A stretch of DNA of 64,000 nt from contig NW_019217866.1 in assembly GCF_002571385.2 (NCBI RefSeq), forward strand, positions 119,529 to 183,528. Reading direction: 5' to 3'. This document shows, in pieces, positions 39,301 through 50,775 of the stretch. This stretch comes from Stylophora pistillata (Eukaryota). The notes under the pieces are model-generated. The model was not told where the DNA came from. It searched no databases and saw nothing but the letters and a program-made list of their open reading frames with translations. The position numbers and the translations under genes are program-made. The first letter of the stretch is position 1; each line of letters begins with the position of its first letter.

Positions 39301-40144
39301 TACTTTGAACACCTATTATTGTAATACTTTTTGGAGCAAAACTCTTCAGTAACCGTGTTTTATCGCATTGCTAAAAATTAACCACATAAGTAATAATCTT
39401 TTCTTTCGTATGATATATTGTTTCTTTTACTATTAATTAAGAAGGAAAAATATATTGCAAGGGTCAAAGTCTATGATAGGAACAACTGAAGCAAGGACTC
39501 CCGTCGTTAAATTGCAAGATATTTATCTGTTGGGACGGCCTTAGAGCAATTCGGGCTAAAGCCAAACAAACAAGCTTACTTACCTTATATGTAGCAGGGG
39601 TTTGGTCTTGTGGACTTCAACATCACAAACAGGACAGTGATACGATGTCTGAAGGTATTTAACGATACAGCTTCGACAAACTACAGAAAAAAATCACAAA
39701 ATTTTCTAACCGTGAAAGCCAGAGAAGAATCAAAATATCTTGTGAACTTTTCAAATATCTGCATACATCCATCACAATGCTTTGGACTTGTTGAGGAATA
39801 TTAGAGACGAGTGAAATTATATCTTAGACTGGCTAGATCGATCTCACGAGAGAGTACATTAAAAAGAAAACGTAATATCTTAAATAACCGACAGCGGTTG
39901 AAGATTTGCAACAAGTGCTCGCTTTACTCAGAAACCTGCTTCAACCAGTTTCTTGCACGGCTAATGCTGAAATGACCAACACTGAAAAACATGAACTGAT
40001 GATGATAAATCAGTTTATAATTAATGCGAACTTACAAGAATGTAGGCATTCGATAATCGTCGTAGCGTCAACAAGGTACCCAGAACACAACACACACATC
40101 AAGTGAGGATTGAGTTCTTCAAGCGGCATCTTAAGTAAAGACAT
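34832..40144 (-). CDS. BMI1: Polycomb group RING finger protein, BMI1/PCGF2-4-like, paralog C (~329 aa)
   Basis: Exons (high-low) 40144-40036, 39680-39584, 39022-38967, 38052-37990, 37568-37451, 37308-37269 (donor could be 3 nt earlier), 36476-36378, 36126-36043, 35155-34832; phase-consistent (990 nt). [41 protein letters not shown]..; [22 protein letters not shown]. Confidence 0.92.
35320..35545 (-). mobile_element. Degenerate copy of the tRNA-derived repeat family at 1282-2444
   Basis: Minus strand reads GCTCAGTTGATAGAGCACTGCACCCGGTATCGCAGAGGTC..CAGGCCTGAATTTTTTTTTCAGG. Confidence 0.7.
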
Positions 40145-41007
40145 GTTGGCGATAACGATGGCAGTAAATAAGCGTGATCTTTGAGCGCCACTATCGTGTG
40201 TCTAGCGAGAAAAACTTAAGACTTCCGGTCCACTGTTGTGCGTGTTCAGCGAAAACGCATCGAGACTTCCGGTCGCACCCTCTCCAGTATGACAAAGGAA
40301 GATGAACACTGAAAAAGGATAAAGATTAAAAAATGGCAGAGAACAAAAATTCAACCACGCTAGAAATCCAACCCAACAAGATAATGGTTCTAGCAATCGA
40401 TAAGATAGCATAGGTCTCACGGCAGTTTTTCCGTACGCCTGAATTTACTGAAAATGCATATGTCCTCATGATCTGTAGGCCAACGGCTTCGAGTAAACCC
40501 TGAAGAACTTGAACTGCTATCAATATTCGTGATTTCAAGTGATTCTTAGTCGCAATTCCTTTGGGAGATTCGATGATGAAGGTCGATGTTCGAACTATGG
40601 TTGAAGCAAAAAGGAAAAAATTGCCAACAGATATTTTACACTGTAACCAGAGAACTTAAGTAGTGACGTTTTTGAAACGCGAACAGCAACCGGAAGAAGT
40701 ATAAAATCAACTCTGGTGAGCTTTGACGTCAATGGATCGACTGAAGAGTCGTCGTTTTAGCATTTTAAATCAGCATGTGCCGACCACAAAGGTGTAGTAA
40801 GCATCAGGAATGATAAGAACTTTTAACTTTCGGCTTTCGTCCGCGTTTAGAAAACGTTTCAGTGTTTTTAACCTCCCTGAGTTTTTGTAACTTACACTTA
40901 ATATAATTCTTAACGTACCGTTCAACCGCCCACGATTAGTAAAGAGATGAAATTGAGTTAATTATATAAAGAATAGCTCACAGATCTGACTCGATAGTAA
41001 CATTGTA

Positions 41008-41396
41008 CAGTGGAACCTCGAGTTAATGAAGTGCCAAGGGACTGGGGAAATTGGTTCGTTATATCGAGGATTCGTTAGTGGAACGTCGATTTAACGAACC
41101 CGCCTCTATATAACAAAGTCCTCGGTACAAAAAACGATACTTCAGGTTCAGCCCGGCTAAAGTTATAGTAAAATGTACGACACAGAACCTCGATCTAACG
41201 AACCCTCGATATAGGGAAGCAATTTCCCCAGTCCCTTAGCACTTCGTTAAATCGAGTTTCCACTCTATCGAGGTTTTATGGCATACATTTTACTGTAACT
41301 ATAGCCGGGCTGAAACTGAAGTATCGTTCTTTGTACCGAGGACCTCGTTATATAGAAGTTCGTTGTATAGAGGTTTGTTATATCGAAGTTCTACTG
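41008..41396. mobile_element. Tc1/mariner-pogo-type MITE, TA target duplication
   Basis: TA|CAGTGGAACCTCG ... CGAAGTTCTACTG|TA; nested internal inverted repeats. Confidence 0.7.
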
Positions 41397-43948
41397 TAGC
41401 AGTTCATTTCATCATTTGAGGTCTGGGTTAATTCTATCGATAGCGAACTGAATTACTTAAATGGGAACCGTTATCTCAGACTTTACATAATACAATTCCT
41501 TGCGTTTAGTTGAAACACTGTTTTTCGACCCTTTACAACTTTAACATCAATATACATATTCTCCACACTTTTCTCTATCAGAAGCAGATAATGCGCTCCT
41601 GTCTCCATACTTCAGTTTCCTAGGGTGCTGACGAGTAGAATTTGTTGGACAATCAAAAGCTTCGTTAGATACTGATCATTTCCTTTATTCTCCTGACCTT
41701 AATGCTTGATTCAGGGGTGATATTGTATGGAGAAATTAGATGTAAGTCACTGTTAGGGGCCAAAGGGTTGACGGAGAAGTAAAATCGAATCATAGCTTAA
41801 GGATTTCACTTTGAAGCTTTTAACCTCTTAACTTAAAAAGTTGTGACTGCTTTTATTTTCGCTATTTACAAGATAATGTGAAAAGAAACAAAGCAGCTGC
41901 TTCTAAGTTGAAAAATCTGACAAGTTGTTCGTTGTTCGTCAGCCTAACGAAACACATTCCTCCAAAAAAAGGGATGCAATATGTTTAGGAGAATGAAACT
42001 TGCGACAACTCTACCATGAAAAACCTCAATCTGCGGCAGATCAATCATGTACATTCGTTACGAATGAAGATACTTTTTCTGGGCTCCTAGCGAAGTTTTC
42101 TTTTTAAGTTAACTTAATTCTCCGTTAAACGTTCAGTTCATGCCTAAGTATGATTTTTTAGTCCTATCACTTTGCTATTACATCTCTTAGTGAGAATATT
42201 TGCGATGATTAGTCAACTTGGCGACCCATATTTCACTGTACGGCCCGTTAACTTCAAAAAAGTTTTCGAATTAAAATCTTCCCCCTCTATTTGAACCCAA
42301 GGATACGATAATTATCTTAATAATCTCGTTTTTTCATTCGGTTCATACTGTATCTTATGGAGTCTCGCATTTTCCGTTCGGATTAATGGCCCCACACGTT
42401 TCACGCTTTAGCCGTAATTTTTACAGTACGGACCTCAACCTCGAACTCGATTAGTAAGAGGTATAAAATGAGTAGAAACGGCACAAGTGTGTACGTCATT
42501 AAAAACACTAAATATTCAAAAAGGAAGAAACGATATGGCAGATGTACAATTGGCGAAGACTCATGTATACCTTGGACAACCCAGCAAATTATTATTTTAA
42601 ATTTACAGGATGAAGATCTTACCGTAGAAGAAAATTAAATTTCAAACAGAAAATCAGAAAATCATTCCACGTTGCAGCAAATTTAGCTTCAGACCAGCCC
42701 AGCCCAGTGATATGTACTTTCATCTTGACTAACAAACGAAAGTCGGAATCTCCTCGAAGTAGAATTATCCAACCATTTTATCTTTAGGTCCGAATAACTA
42801 CCGCCTCACTGTGTGTAGACTAAATTTATCTTTTTAAAGTCGATTTTGACAAGCAGTTCAGTACACAAGTGGGCAGCAATGCGAAGTTGATTAAACACAT
42901 GGCCCCAAGCTTTGTCGAATATTTTCGCGGTGGTTGATTTTTGCAAAACGCAGTCTTAGATGATACTAAACAAAACCTATATTTGCCGTAATTTTTAAAG
43001 TATTTGCTGCTAAGAAATTTAAGAAAAGTATGTACCGTCCATCAATATCGCCACCTAACTCGGCAGGTTCAACAAAGCCCATACGTTCGCATGCAGATTG
43101 GCTGGGTCGTACATGCGAAAAAACTCCTGTGATATAATGGGATATAATGTGAATATTGTTCAATGTCAGCACTTGCGCTGTCATTTACTAATCGACGAAA
43201 AGTTATTTTAACCACGTCAAAATTTGGTTGATCTTTAAAGATAAGACGTAAGAAATTCACAGTCCAATATAGCTTTTAAGGTCTCGATAGCTGTAAAGTA
43301 AATCTGTATTTAGATAAATCAAAGTACAAAATAAGCAAGGGTGATCCATTAAACTCCACTGATTACCACGAGGAAAGCCTTTCGTCGAAGATCTCGGCCT
43401 TAATATTTTTAATGCGGCTACGATGATTTGTGAGTGAACCAAATTGTCTCCACGCTAAATAAAGTGTGCATATTCAATTTGAGGGGCTAAATTCTAAAGA
43501 AACGTCCTCAGTAGCAAATGATCTCGGAAGGGAGATTTATATGTCATGTTAGTCATTCCCGGCTGAAGGAGTTCAGGTTCTCTGCCCATAAACCGGTGGT
43601 TGTTTATCACAATTACCAGGTGAATTGGCAAGTTGGATTGGGATTTCATAAACGTCTAATGCAATGGCAAGGACCAACAAAGGTAAATAAATACAGTAGG
43701 TATCAAGTGCGCCATGTAAATTTATAACAACGAGTAGTTGAAAGATACGCACAAATGGTCACGTTCTGTGACAAAATTACCCTCCAATGTACGCTTAGCA
43801 TTCATTAGAAAGGTGTTTCACTCGAAGCGATACCAAAAGAAATTATCAGTAAATTCTCAAACATTTGCCGACCGTAGCAACACGGATATATTACCTAACG
43901 AACAAGAACAAATCGAGTTTAAATGAGAGGATTAAAATGGCGAATTAC

Positions 43949-44045
43949 CTCTTGATTTTGGTGGTACTGCGACTCGCATATTCCGTCAAAAGAGTTAGTT
44001 CACGTTGTCTATTATGCAAATTACGTAAACCACGTGACTCCTTAC
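43949..44045 (-). promoter_or_regulatory. Putative promoter and non-coding first exon of PCGF paralog C
   Basis: Minus strand reads GTCACGTGGTTTACG..CAACGTGAACTAACT..AGTACCACCAAAA..GAG|GTAATT. Paralog A reads GTCACGTGATTACG..CAACGTGTGCTAACT..AGTAACCGCCAAGAAAA..CG|GTAATT. Confidence 0.5.
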
Positions 44046-45202
44046 TAGGGCCAGTTCCCTCAAAGCAGGATCTCAACGGGGTGATGGCTTTTACGGCTAA
44101 CATGTAAAACTTTGGCCAATTTCCGGCCATTGGTTCATATCTTTCCTTTGTAGTCACAATAAAAATTTTCACAGTTAACTTCTTTTAATACAAACGGTTA
44201 AAATTTGTCTATTTCCACGCCTAATGGATAAATTTTTTAGCCGCTTTACGAAGCTGAGACCCACTAAGGCAATTGCTCCTCGTGAGGGACCAGTAATGGT
44301 ATAGCTGTCACAAAGCCGCATACTGGACCTGTTAAATACACATTTAAGGAATAAAAAATATTTAAGCCTTCCTGATTATGCATTGTACTTTGATTTTACG
44401 ATGGCACTCAACCGCCGAGAAGCGCTCTGAGTCTAAGAGGTTGGAAAAGGACTGAAAGCGACAAACTTAAGTGCTGCACGAAGGACAGATCGCAGGAGCA
44501 CTGCTGATTCATGCAGGTCGTGCGCCATCGATCTGCATCGCCGGGGGAAACTGAGTGACTAGTTCCAAAAAGTCGGCTTCGAACATTTTCTATGATCAGA
44601 CCAGTTTGTTCCAATCAGTTTTGCACAGCGAGGTACGCGAAATGACTTATCTTGACACTACCTCTCAGACAAACAAACTGACAACGCAAACATGGTCTGC
44701 TTACCCTCTGACACCTACAGGTGATTTGCATCTATTTCCTCTTTACAATATCATCCTTGAGTCAAATATCATGGTCATGAAAATGGAGGAATTGTTCAAA
44801 ACTTCCACAAGCCTCTGATTGTCGAACAAATTCTCCCCATTTGTACAATGAGAAGAACAGTCCGGAGAATATGAACATAGTGTTGAGATGAAAAGGCGGA
44901 CACACAACCGGTTTTTTTACATCAGTTTTATTCGTCGTTGACGAATACTACAAAATGAACGTATTTGATTATGTTCATTGCTTAACAAAATGCAGAAAAG
45001 GGTAAGTTTTATATACCATCTTTTTCACATTGACTGTGGCCAAAAGGTGCTACGAAATCTCTTTATTTGCACTATTTGTCAATGCAGCACAGTATGTGTT
45101 AAGTCTCCTTAACAAATAAGGGATTAATGAATACACATTTAATTTAATCATAAAAATATATGTCTTTGTTTGCTAAATCTTCCTAAGGTTTGGGACTGAA
45201 CA

Positions 45203-48200
45203 TCAGTTATTAGAGGCCTTCTCTACACTTTTGCAAGCATCTTTCAGTTTCCCGACCAGATCCTACCACAAAAAGAAAAAAATTAGAAAATTAAAAGATC
45301 ATAATCACATGCACGGGTATCTGAAGAAAAAAAGGGGTAAGTTTTTGAAAAAAAAAAAAAAAAAAAAAAAAGTGGTGCTGCATCGGTGAGGGTATTTTCA
45401 GATAATTTGAATTTATCAACCGAGTGAGCACTAATCGTCAGAGCGAATGACGAAAGGCTGACGTTCTAAAACTCAGCTTTATAAACTCCTTACGGTAGCC
45501 AATTTACATTATCAACGAATTGATAAAACCAAATGATCTGAAGAATAGATTTCTACCCCTCTACAGACACTCTACAAAAATCGAATTAAAGGTTTGCGTA
45601 GTAACAAAACTTTAACAGAACTAAACGTTCATTAACCTGCAATTGCTCCATTGTGCATGAAAATTGTACATCCTCTCCTTTAGCCTTTCCTGCTTCCTGG
45701 GACGAGAAAGAGATCAACCAAGTTCTCAACAATATTTGGGGATATTTCAAGGAATGATGGTGGAATAATAAAATAATTCAAGAAGACACCATAATGACGT
45801 GTCCATGACAAAACAAAGTTAATTAAATTAAATTAAATTTTTCACATTTTTCTGAGTGCAATTATGTGATTCTCAAGAATTACACATCAAAGGAGGCTAT
45901 TACGGAAAGATTCTGTTGAAGAAACCAGACAAATTGGTACAACTGACCATAGAAGTTTAAGTGGAAACAGGGAAACTAACATTAAAAATGCAGAAATTCC
46001 ACAAACTGCACATGTACTGTACCTCAGTTTTTAGTGTGATGAGATATGTGGGTTTGTTTACTTTCTCCATTTGATTATTCTAATAAATGGAAGAAAAACA
46101 AGTTTCGTGTAAGGAAGAAACTCAGAAACAAAAAAAAAGTTTTGTTTGCCACGTTAACATAGGGAACATGACTAAGAAGTTATAGCATCTTAATTGCAGT
46201 CAAGAGGTCCTGAGCTTTAAACTAACCATGAACACAGGGTGGACCTAAAGGACTGAGTTTTATAGAAATTGGTTGCCTCTGACTGTTGTTATTTCTGAAA
46301 CAGACGTTTTGGCTAATGCTTAAGCCTTCATCAGTGATATCATATCACTGATGAAGGCTTAAGCATTAGCCGAAACATCTGTTTCAGAAATAACAACAGT
46401 ATCAGAAATAACAACATATCACTGATGAAGGCTTAAGCATTAGCCGAAACGTCAGTTTCAGAAATGACAACAGTATCAGAAATAACAACATATCACTGAT
46501 GAAGGCTTAAACATTAGCCGAAACATCTGTTTCAGAAATAACAACAGTCAGAGGCAACCAATTTCTATAAAACTCATGACATCTCCTGACTACACTTTTT
46601 CAATTTTTAGACATAAAAGACTCTTTGGAAACTCAGTTACCATGGGGTGAAAAAGGTCATCTGATGTTTCAAAGCCTAAGTATCACGAAATTTCTTCTAA
46701 ATTTCTCTTAATTTTTTTTTTTCAAAAGAGCTGGGTAAGTTTTAATCACCTTTATGTAATAGTCTAGTCTCCAATCCACATCCACAACATGAGGAAATGA
46801 ACTTCCTGTTCTAAAATTAGGAGCAAAACATAAAAAAAACCCATTTAAAATGTAATCATTCATCAGAATCAAATACTTGGAAGTCAACAATTCATGGCAA
46901 ATCTTTCTTTTAACATTCCAGGTTTAATTTTCACTTTATATGACAGCATAAAACCTATCTAATATATTAGTTATTGATTAATTTATTAATTAGCACTAAA
47001 ACAAACAGAGCTACCCAATGAAGAAAACTAAACTATTTACCTGGCAAGAAGCGCTTCCAAATTAGGTTTATAATCCTAAAAAGGTGAAATATCAACAAGA
47101 GAGACAGTAAATTACAGTATAAATCTATCATCCTCAATATGAAGATATTTCTACTTGAACACTTCAAATTTTGTACACTATAACAGGGCTCGAAATTGCG
47201 ACCGATACAGTCGCCAATGCGACTAAAACTTTTAACTTGGTGACTTAAAACTCGAGTTTAGTCGACACTTTGGCGACTATGAACAATTGAGAACATTAAA
47301 AAAACCTGAAACCTGACATTCGTTTTTCTCTATGAACCAACTGTTGATTGTGTTGTCAATTTCCTGCGAAAAACTAAAACACACAAAACAAGCCAAAAAT
47401 CCTGGAATCCCGGCCTCAGTTCACGAGTAATTAATTTTCCAGTGAAAACACGCTCAAGAAAATCAGCATAATCCAACCAGCGGATTTACATTGAGATCAG
47501 GAGGTGCGGTACTAAATGGCTATCCGCCATGTTTGATAAATGTTTGATGCCTGCGTATCTTACGATTTCTTGCATGCGATGTGACAGATTCTCTTTCCTA
47601 AAGTAACCCTGAAATTTTCTTATTACTTTTTTTGACTTCAAACTTTCTAAATGATTAGACTTAAGAAAAAAGCTGCTTGAACTTCCAAAATCCTATTAAT
47701 TAGTAATTCTTCCTACATGCTGCCATACTTTTCCTTGTAAATGACAAAAGGTTGATAGTTTCTAAAGAAACTGTTTGGGGCTGCGTCGGTGGATGTAACG
47801 AAATAATTTGGATATATCAACAAAGTTGAAATGGTAAATTGGCCACCGTAACAATTACAAAAGCTGACGTTTCGAGCGTTAGCCCTTCGTCAGAGCGAAT
47901 TCGCTCCGATGAAGGGCTAATGCTCGAAATGTCAGCTTTTGTAATCGTTACGGTGGCCAATTTATCATTTCAACTTTGTTGATATATCCAAATTATCTTG
48001 TAAATGACACTTGAGAATTTGATTTTATTCCAAAATATCACTCTCTAACTGATAAACTTTTCTGTTCTCATAACTTGTTTACAAGATGTCTGATTGGGGT
48101 TGCAAGGAGAAATTGCATGTTAGTCACTTCTGGGAGTTAAAGGGTTAAGAAGTTTAAAAATAGATCTCACAAGAAAATTAACATCAAAAGGATCCAAAAG

Positions 48201-50518
48201 CCACGAGCAAACTTCAAACCCATTTTCAGCACATTTTTTTAAATCTATTATAAGGCAGAAGGCAGGCAACAAAAATATTTAAGAAATCATTTTAACCTGG
48301 CATCCTAACTAAGTATGTATTTTTTGTTATCATGAATCATGGGTCTGGTGTTTCTTTTTTGTTACATACCAAGAATTGTTTGGTAAAATACTCTATTCTG
48401 TCAGTGCCCCATTTGCAGTCCTCCAACACAGAACTGCAACATAATCAAGCTCCTTTGTAAGTATTATCAAAGGATAAGAAAGTATATAACAGGGCTTGAC
48501 ATTAACTTTTCAACTTAGTAGCCAAGAGGCTAGTGATAACATAGATTTTACCATAATTTCAGTTTGTTTACTAGCCAAACTGGCTGGTGGAAATCGAAAA
48601 TCACTTGCCAAAACTGAATTTCTACTAGTCTGTGGCTAGTTGGCTACCATTAGTGTCAAGCCCTGTATAAACACTCTTTTCTTTGAGTTTTCAAATCTCT
48701 TCATGCAATTTCAATTACTCACACAGGACTCTCCACTAATGACAGCCAACTAGCCACAGACTAGTAGAAATTCAGTTTTGGCTAATGGTTTTTTCGATGC
48801 CAGTTTGGCTGGTAAACAAAATGGAAATTATGGTAACATCTAAGTTGTCATTAGCCACCTGGCGAGTAAGTTGAAAAGTTAGTGTCAAGTCCTTCTTACA
48901 GGTACACAGTAATTTATATTCAGAAATGCAATGGTTAAAAAATCATCAAAATACTGCATTTACAATGTTCATCTACTCAAAAAATGCATATTCATGATGG
49001 AAAAAAATATAAAAATGATTCAACAAGCACCCCTCTCTACTCTCAGCTGTCATCTAATCAAGGCATCGCATGGTTGTAAAAGGATTTTGAGCCCTAAGAA
49101 AAAGCCATAACAACACACCTATAGAACAACAATACAATAATTTTTCAGGTGTGATTTGATGTTGCCAATCAGCTGCTGAGTCACATCACCTACCTTTTGC
49201 TTCACTTAATCATTAATAGAGTAGACTTTTTTAAAGTCAATTATTAGGCCTAAGATAATGTTTCTATAATACACAATATAATACAAGATGCATGCTTCTA
49301 GAAGTGGAATTTCTCTTCAAGAGTTCAACTCAAGGAGAAATTCCATATCTATGCCTGCCTATGAACTATTCTCTATGCGTTTCAAAAAGTTCATATCAAC
49401 CTTAAAGAAGATGAATCACAATCCATCTTGATAGCCTCTAATATCATCGTCACTAAGCCAGCATATACTTGCTTTAGGGTTGCTGAATCAACACTAGAAA
49501 TGTCTTCATCCCCTGCAGAAAGAAAACAAGATTTTCTGCTAGTTAATGATAAGCCTTGTTACAATTAACACTGATACCAATACCAAGTAGTGTCATGTGC
49601 CAAACTATTTAAGTCCTTCTATTAAGCTTTGGGTTTGATTCCTCTTTCCAAAATGCGTGGGGTAGGTGGGTTACTAACCAACATTTCCTACCCTCCTCAG
49701 AGTTGAAAATTTCAAACAATTTCACACAGAATGGCAGAGATTTAAGGAAACACCCTATAGAAAAATGGACTTGGTTAGCAAATCTAAACATTTTATTCGG
49801 TTTTCAACAAGATATTAATTTAAAACAGGGTAAAGTTGAACCTGTATTTAAGGGGCACTGCATCAAGCAGCCACCTGTATAAAGTGGTCAGTTGTCAAAG
49901 TCCTGAAGTTCTATCCTCTGTAATTTTCCCTTCTATTGGGCCTGAAGTTCTATCCTCTGTAATTTTCCCTTCTATTGGGCCTGAAGTTCTATCCTCTGTA
50001 ATTTTCCCTTCTATTGGGCAGTCACCTCTATTAAGTAGTCCTCGACACCTTTTACTGAGTCACAGTGGCATGTTTCTAATGTCTTCTGTCCCTACTGAAC
50101 AATCACTTTAAATGGAACTAATTAAATAAAACTAGAAACAAGCTCACAAATACATTTACTCCACGTTTATCTCTCGTAGTTGTATTTTAGAGTGAGTTTA
50201 TGTACTTTAAGAGGCCAATTATGGATTGAAACGGCATTTGGAGAGATTTCCGTATAACCCCATAACATTCAAAAACAAAGCCGTAATCCCAAAGGTAATC
50301 CGTTGCTTTGCCTCTGCTTTTTTTTATCCAAGAATTGCATGCACAATAAAGTACGGGGTTAACTGATCGTTAAACTTACTTTTAAGGGCATCTTCGTCCT
50401 GTTTCTTCACCAGAATATCTAAGGTAATTGGAACCAAGTTTCGAAAACTACGATCCCCAACACGCGACGAATCTCCGCAAAGATTGAGCCCTTCGATCGC
50501 TACACTGCTTAACTCCAT
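45203..50518 (-). CDS. COMMD3: COMM domain-containing protein 3 (195 aa)
   Basis: Exons (high-low) 50518-50380, 49512-49401, 48433-48370, 47075-47041, 46810-46750, 46079-46023, 45696-45637, 45262-45203 = 588 nt, phase-consistent. MELS.. start; COMM domain FPHVVDVDWRLDYYIK..PTYLITLKTE..VQFSCTMEQLQDLVGKLKDACKSVEKA. Confidence 0.95.
45319..45545. mobile_element. Short inverted Penelope-end insertion, 10-bp TSD
   Basis: ATCTGAAGAA at 45319-45328 and 45536-45545; degenerate family sequence. Confidence 0.65.
46254..46576. repeat. Inverted-plus-tandem repeat of 74-bp units carrying hammerhead-like cores
   Basis: Units start at 46341, 46415 and 46489 (+), with one inverted copy at 46254-46340. Each reads CTGATGA-AGGCTTAA(G/A)CATTAGCC-(G/A)AAAC(G/A)TC. 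Confidence 0.8.
47734..48009. mobile_element. Short inverted Penelope-end insertion, 13-bp TSD
   Basis: CTTGTAAATGACA at 47734-47746 and 47997-48009; palindrome centred near 47899. Confidence 0.85.
47863..47896 (-). ncRNA. Minimal type I hammerhead ribozyme motif (Penelope-associated)
   Basis: GCT-CTGACGA-AGGGCTAACGCTC-GAAACGTC-AGC: intact CUGANGA/GAAA/GUC core, stem I GCT/AGC, stem II GGGC/GCTC, palindromic ACGT stem III. Confidence 0.65.
48490..48665. mobile_element. MITE with CAGGGCTTGACA termini (hAT-like); second partial inverted copy at ~48735-48893
   Basis: CAGGGCTTGACATTAA ... TTAGTGTCAAGCCCTG. Confidence 0.65.
49902..50019. repeat. 39-bp tandem repeat x3
   Basis: CCTGAAGTTCTATCCTCTGTAATTTTCCCTTCTATTGGG, three exact adjacent copies. 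Confidence 0.9.
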
Positions 50519-50775
50519 AGCAACGTTCTCTCTTCAATTTTTCTGAATAGGGGCTACATACATGTATAGATTTTCTACGCTGAAAAGACAATGTTTTGAA
50601 TTCCTTGTTGAGACTCTTTCACAACTCTCGCGTAATTCTCGAATGGTGGTTGGTTCATTCCGCTGACCATGTGGATGCACTATATGTTAAATGAGTGCGC
50701 TTAAAGCAAGTATCTGGTACACGCTTTTAGTCATTCATTATTATTTTGGTAGCAGGGGGTTGATTATCTACTACC
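50519..50775. promoter_or_regulatory. Putative bidirectional promoter of COMMD3 and CISD3
   Basis: Only 257 bp separate the divergent start codons. Confidence 0.65.

Noticed and set aside
46341-46560. CRISPR-like array (also 49902-50019)
   Set aside because: Units are head-to-tail with no unique spacers, there are no cas genes, and the context is a eukaryotic intron.
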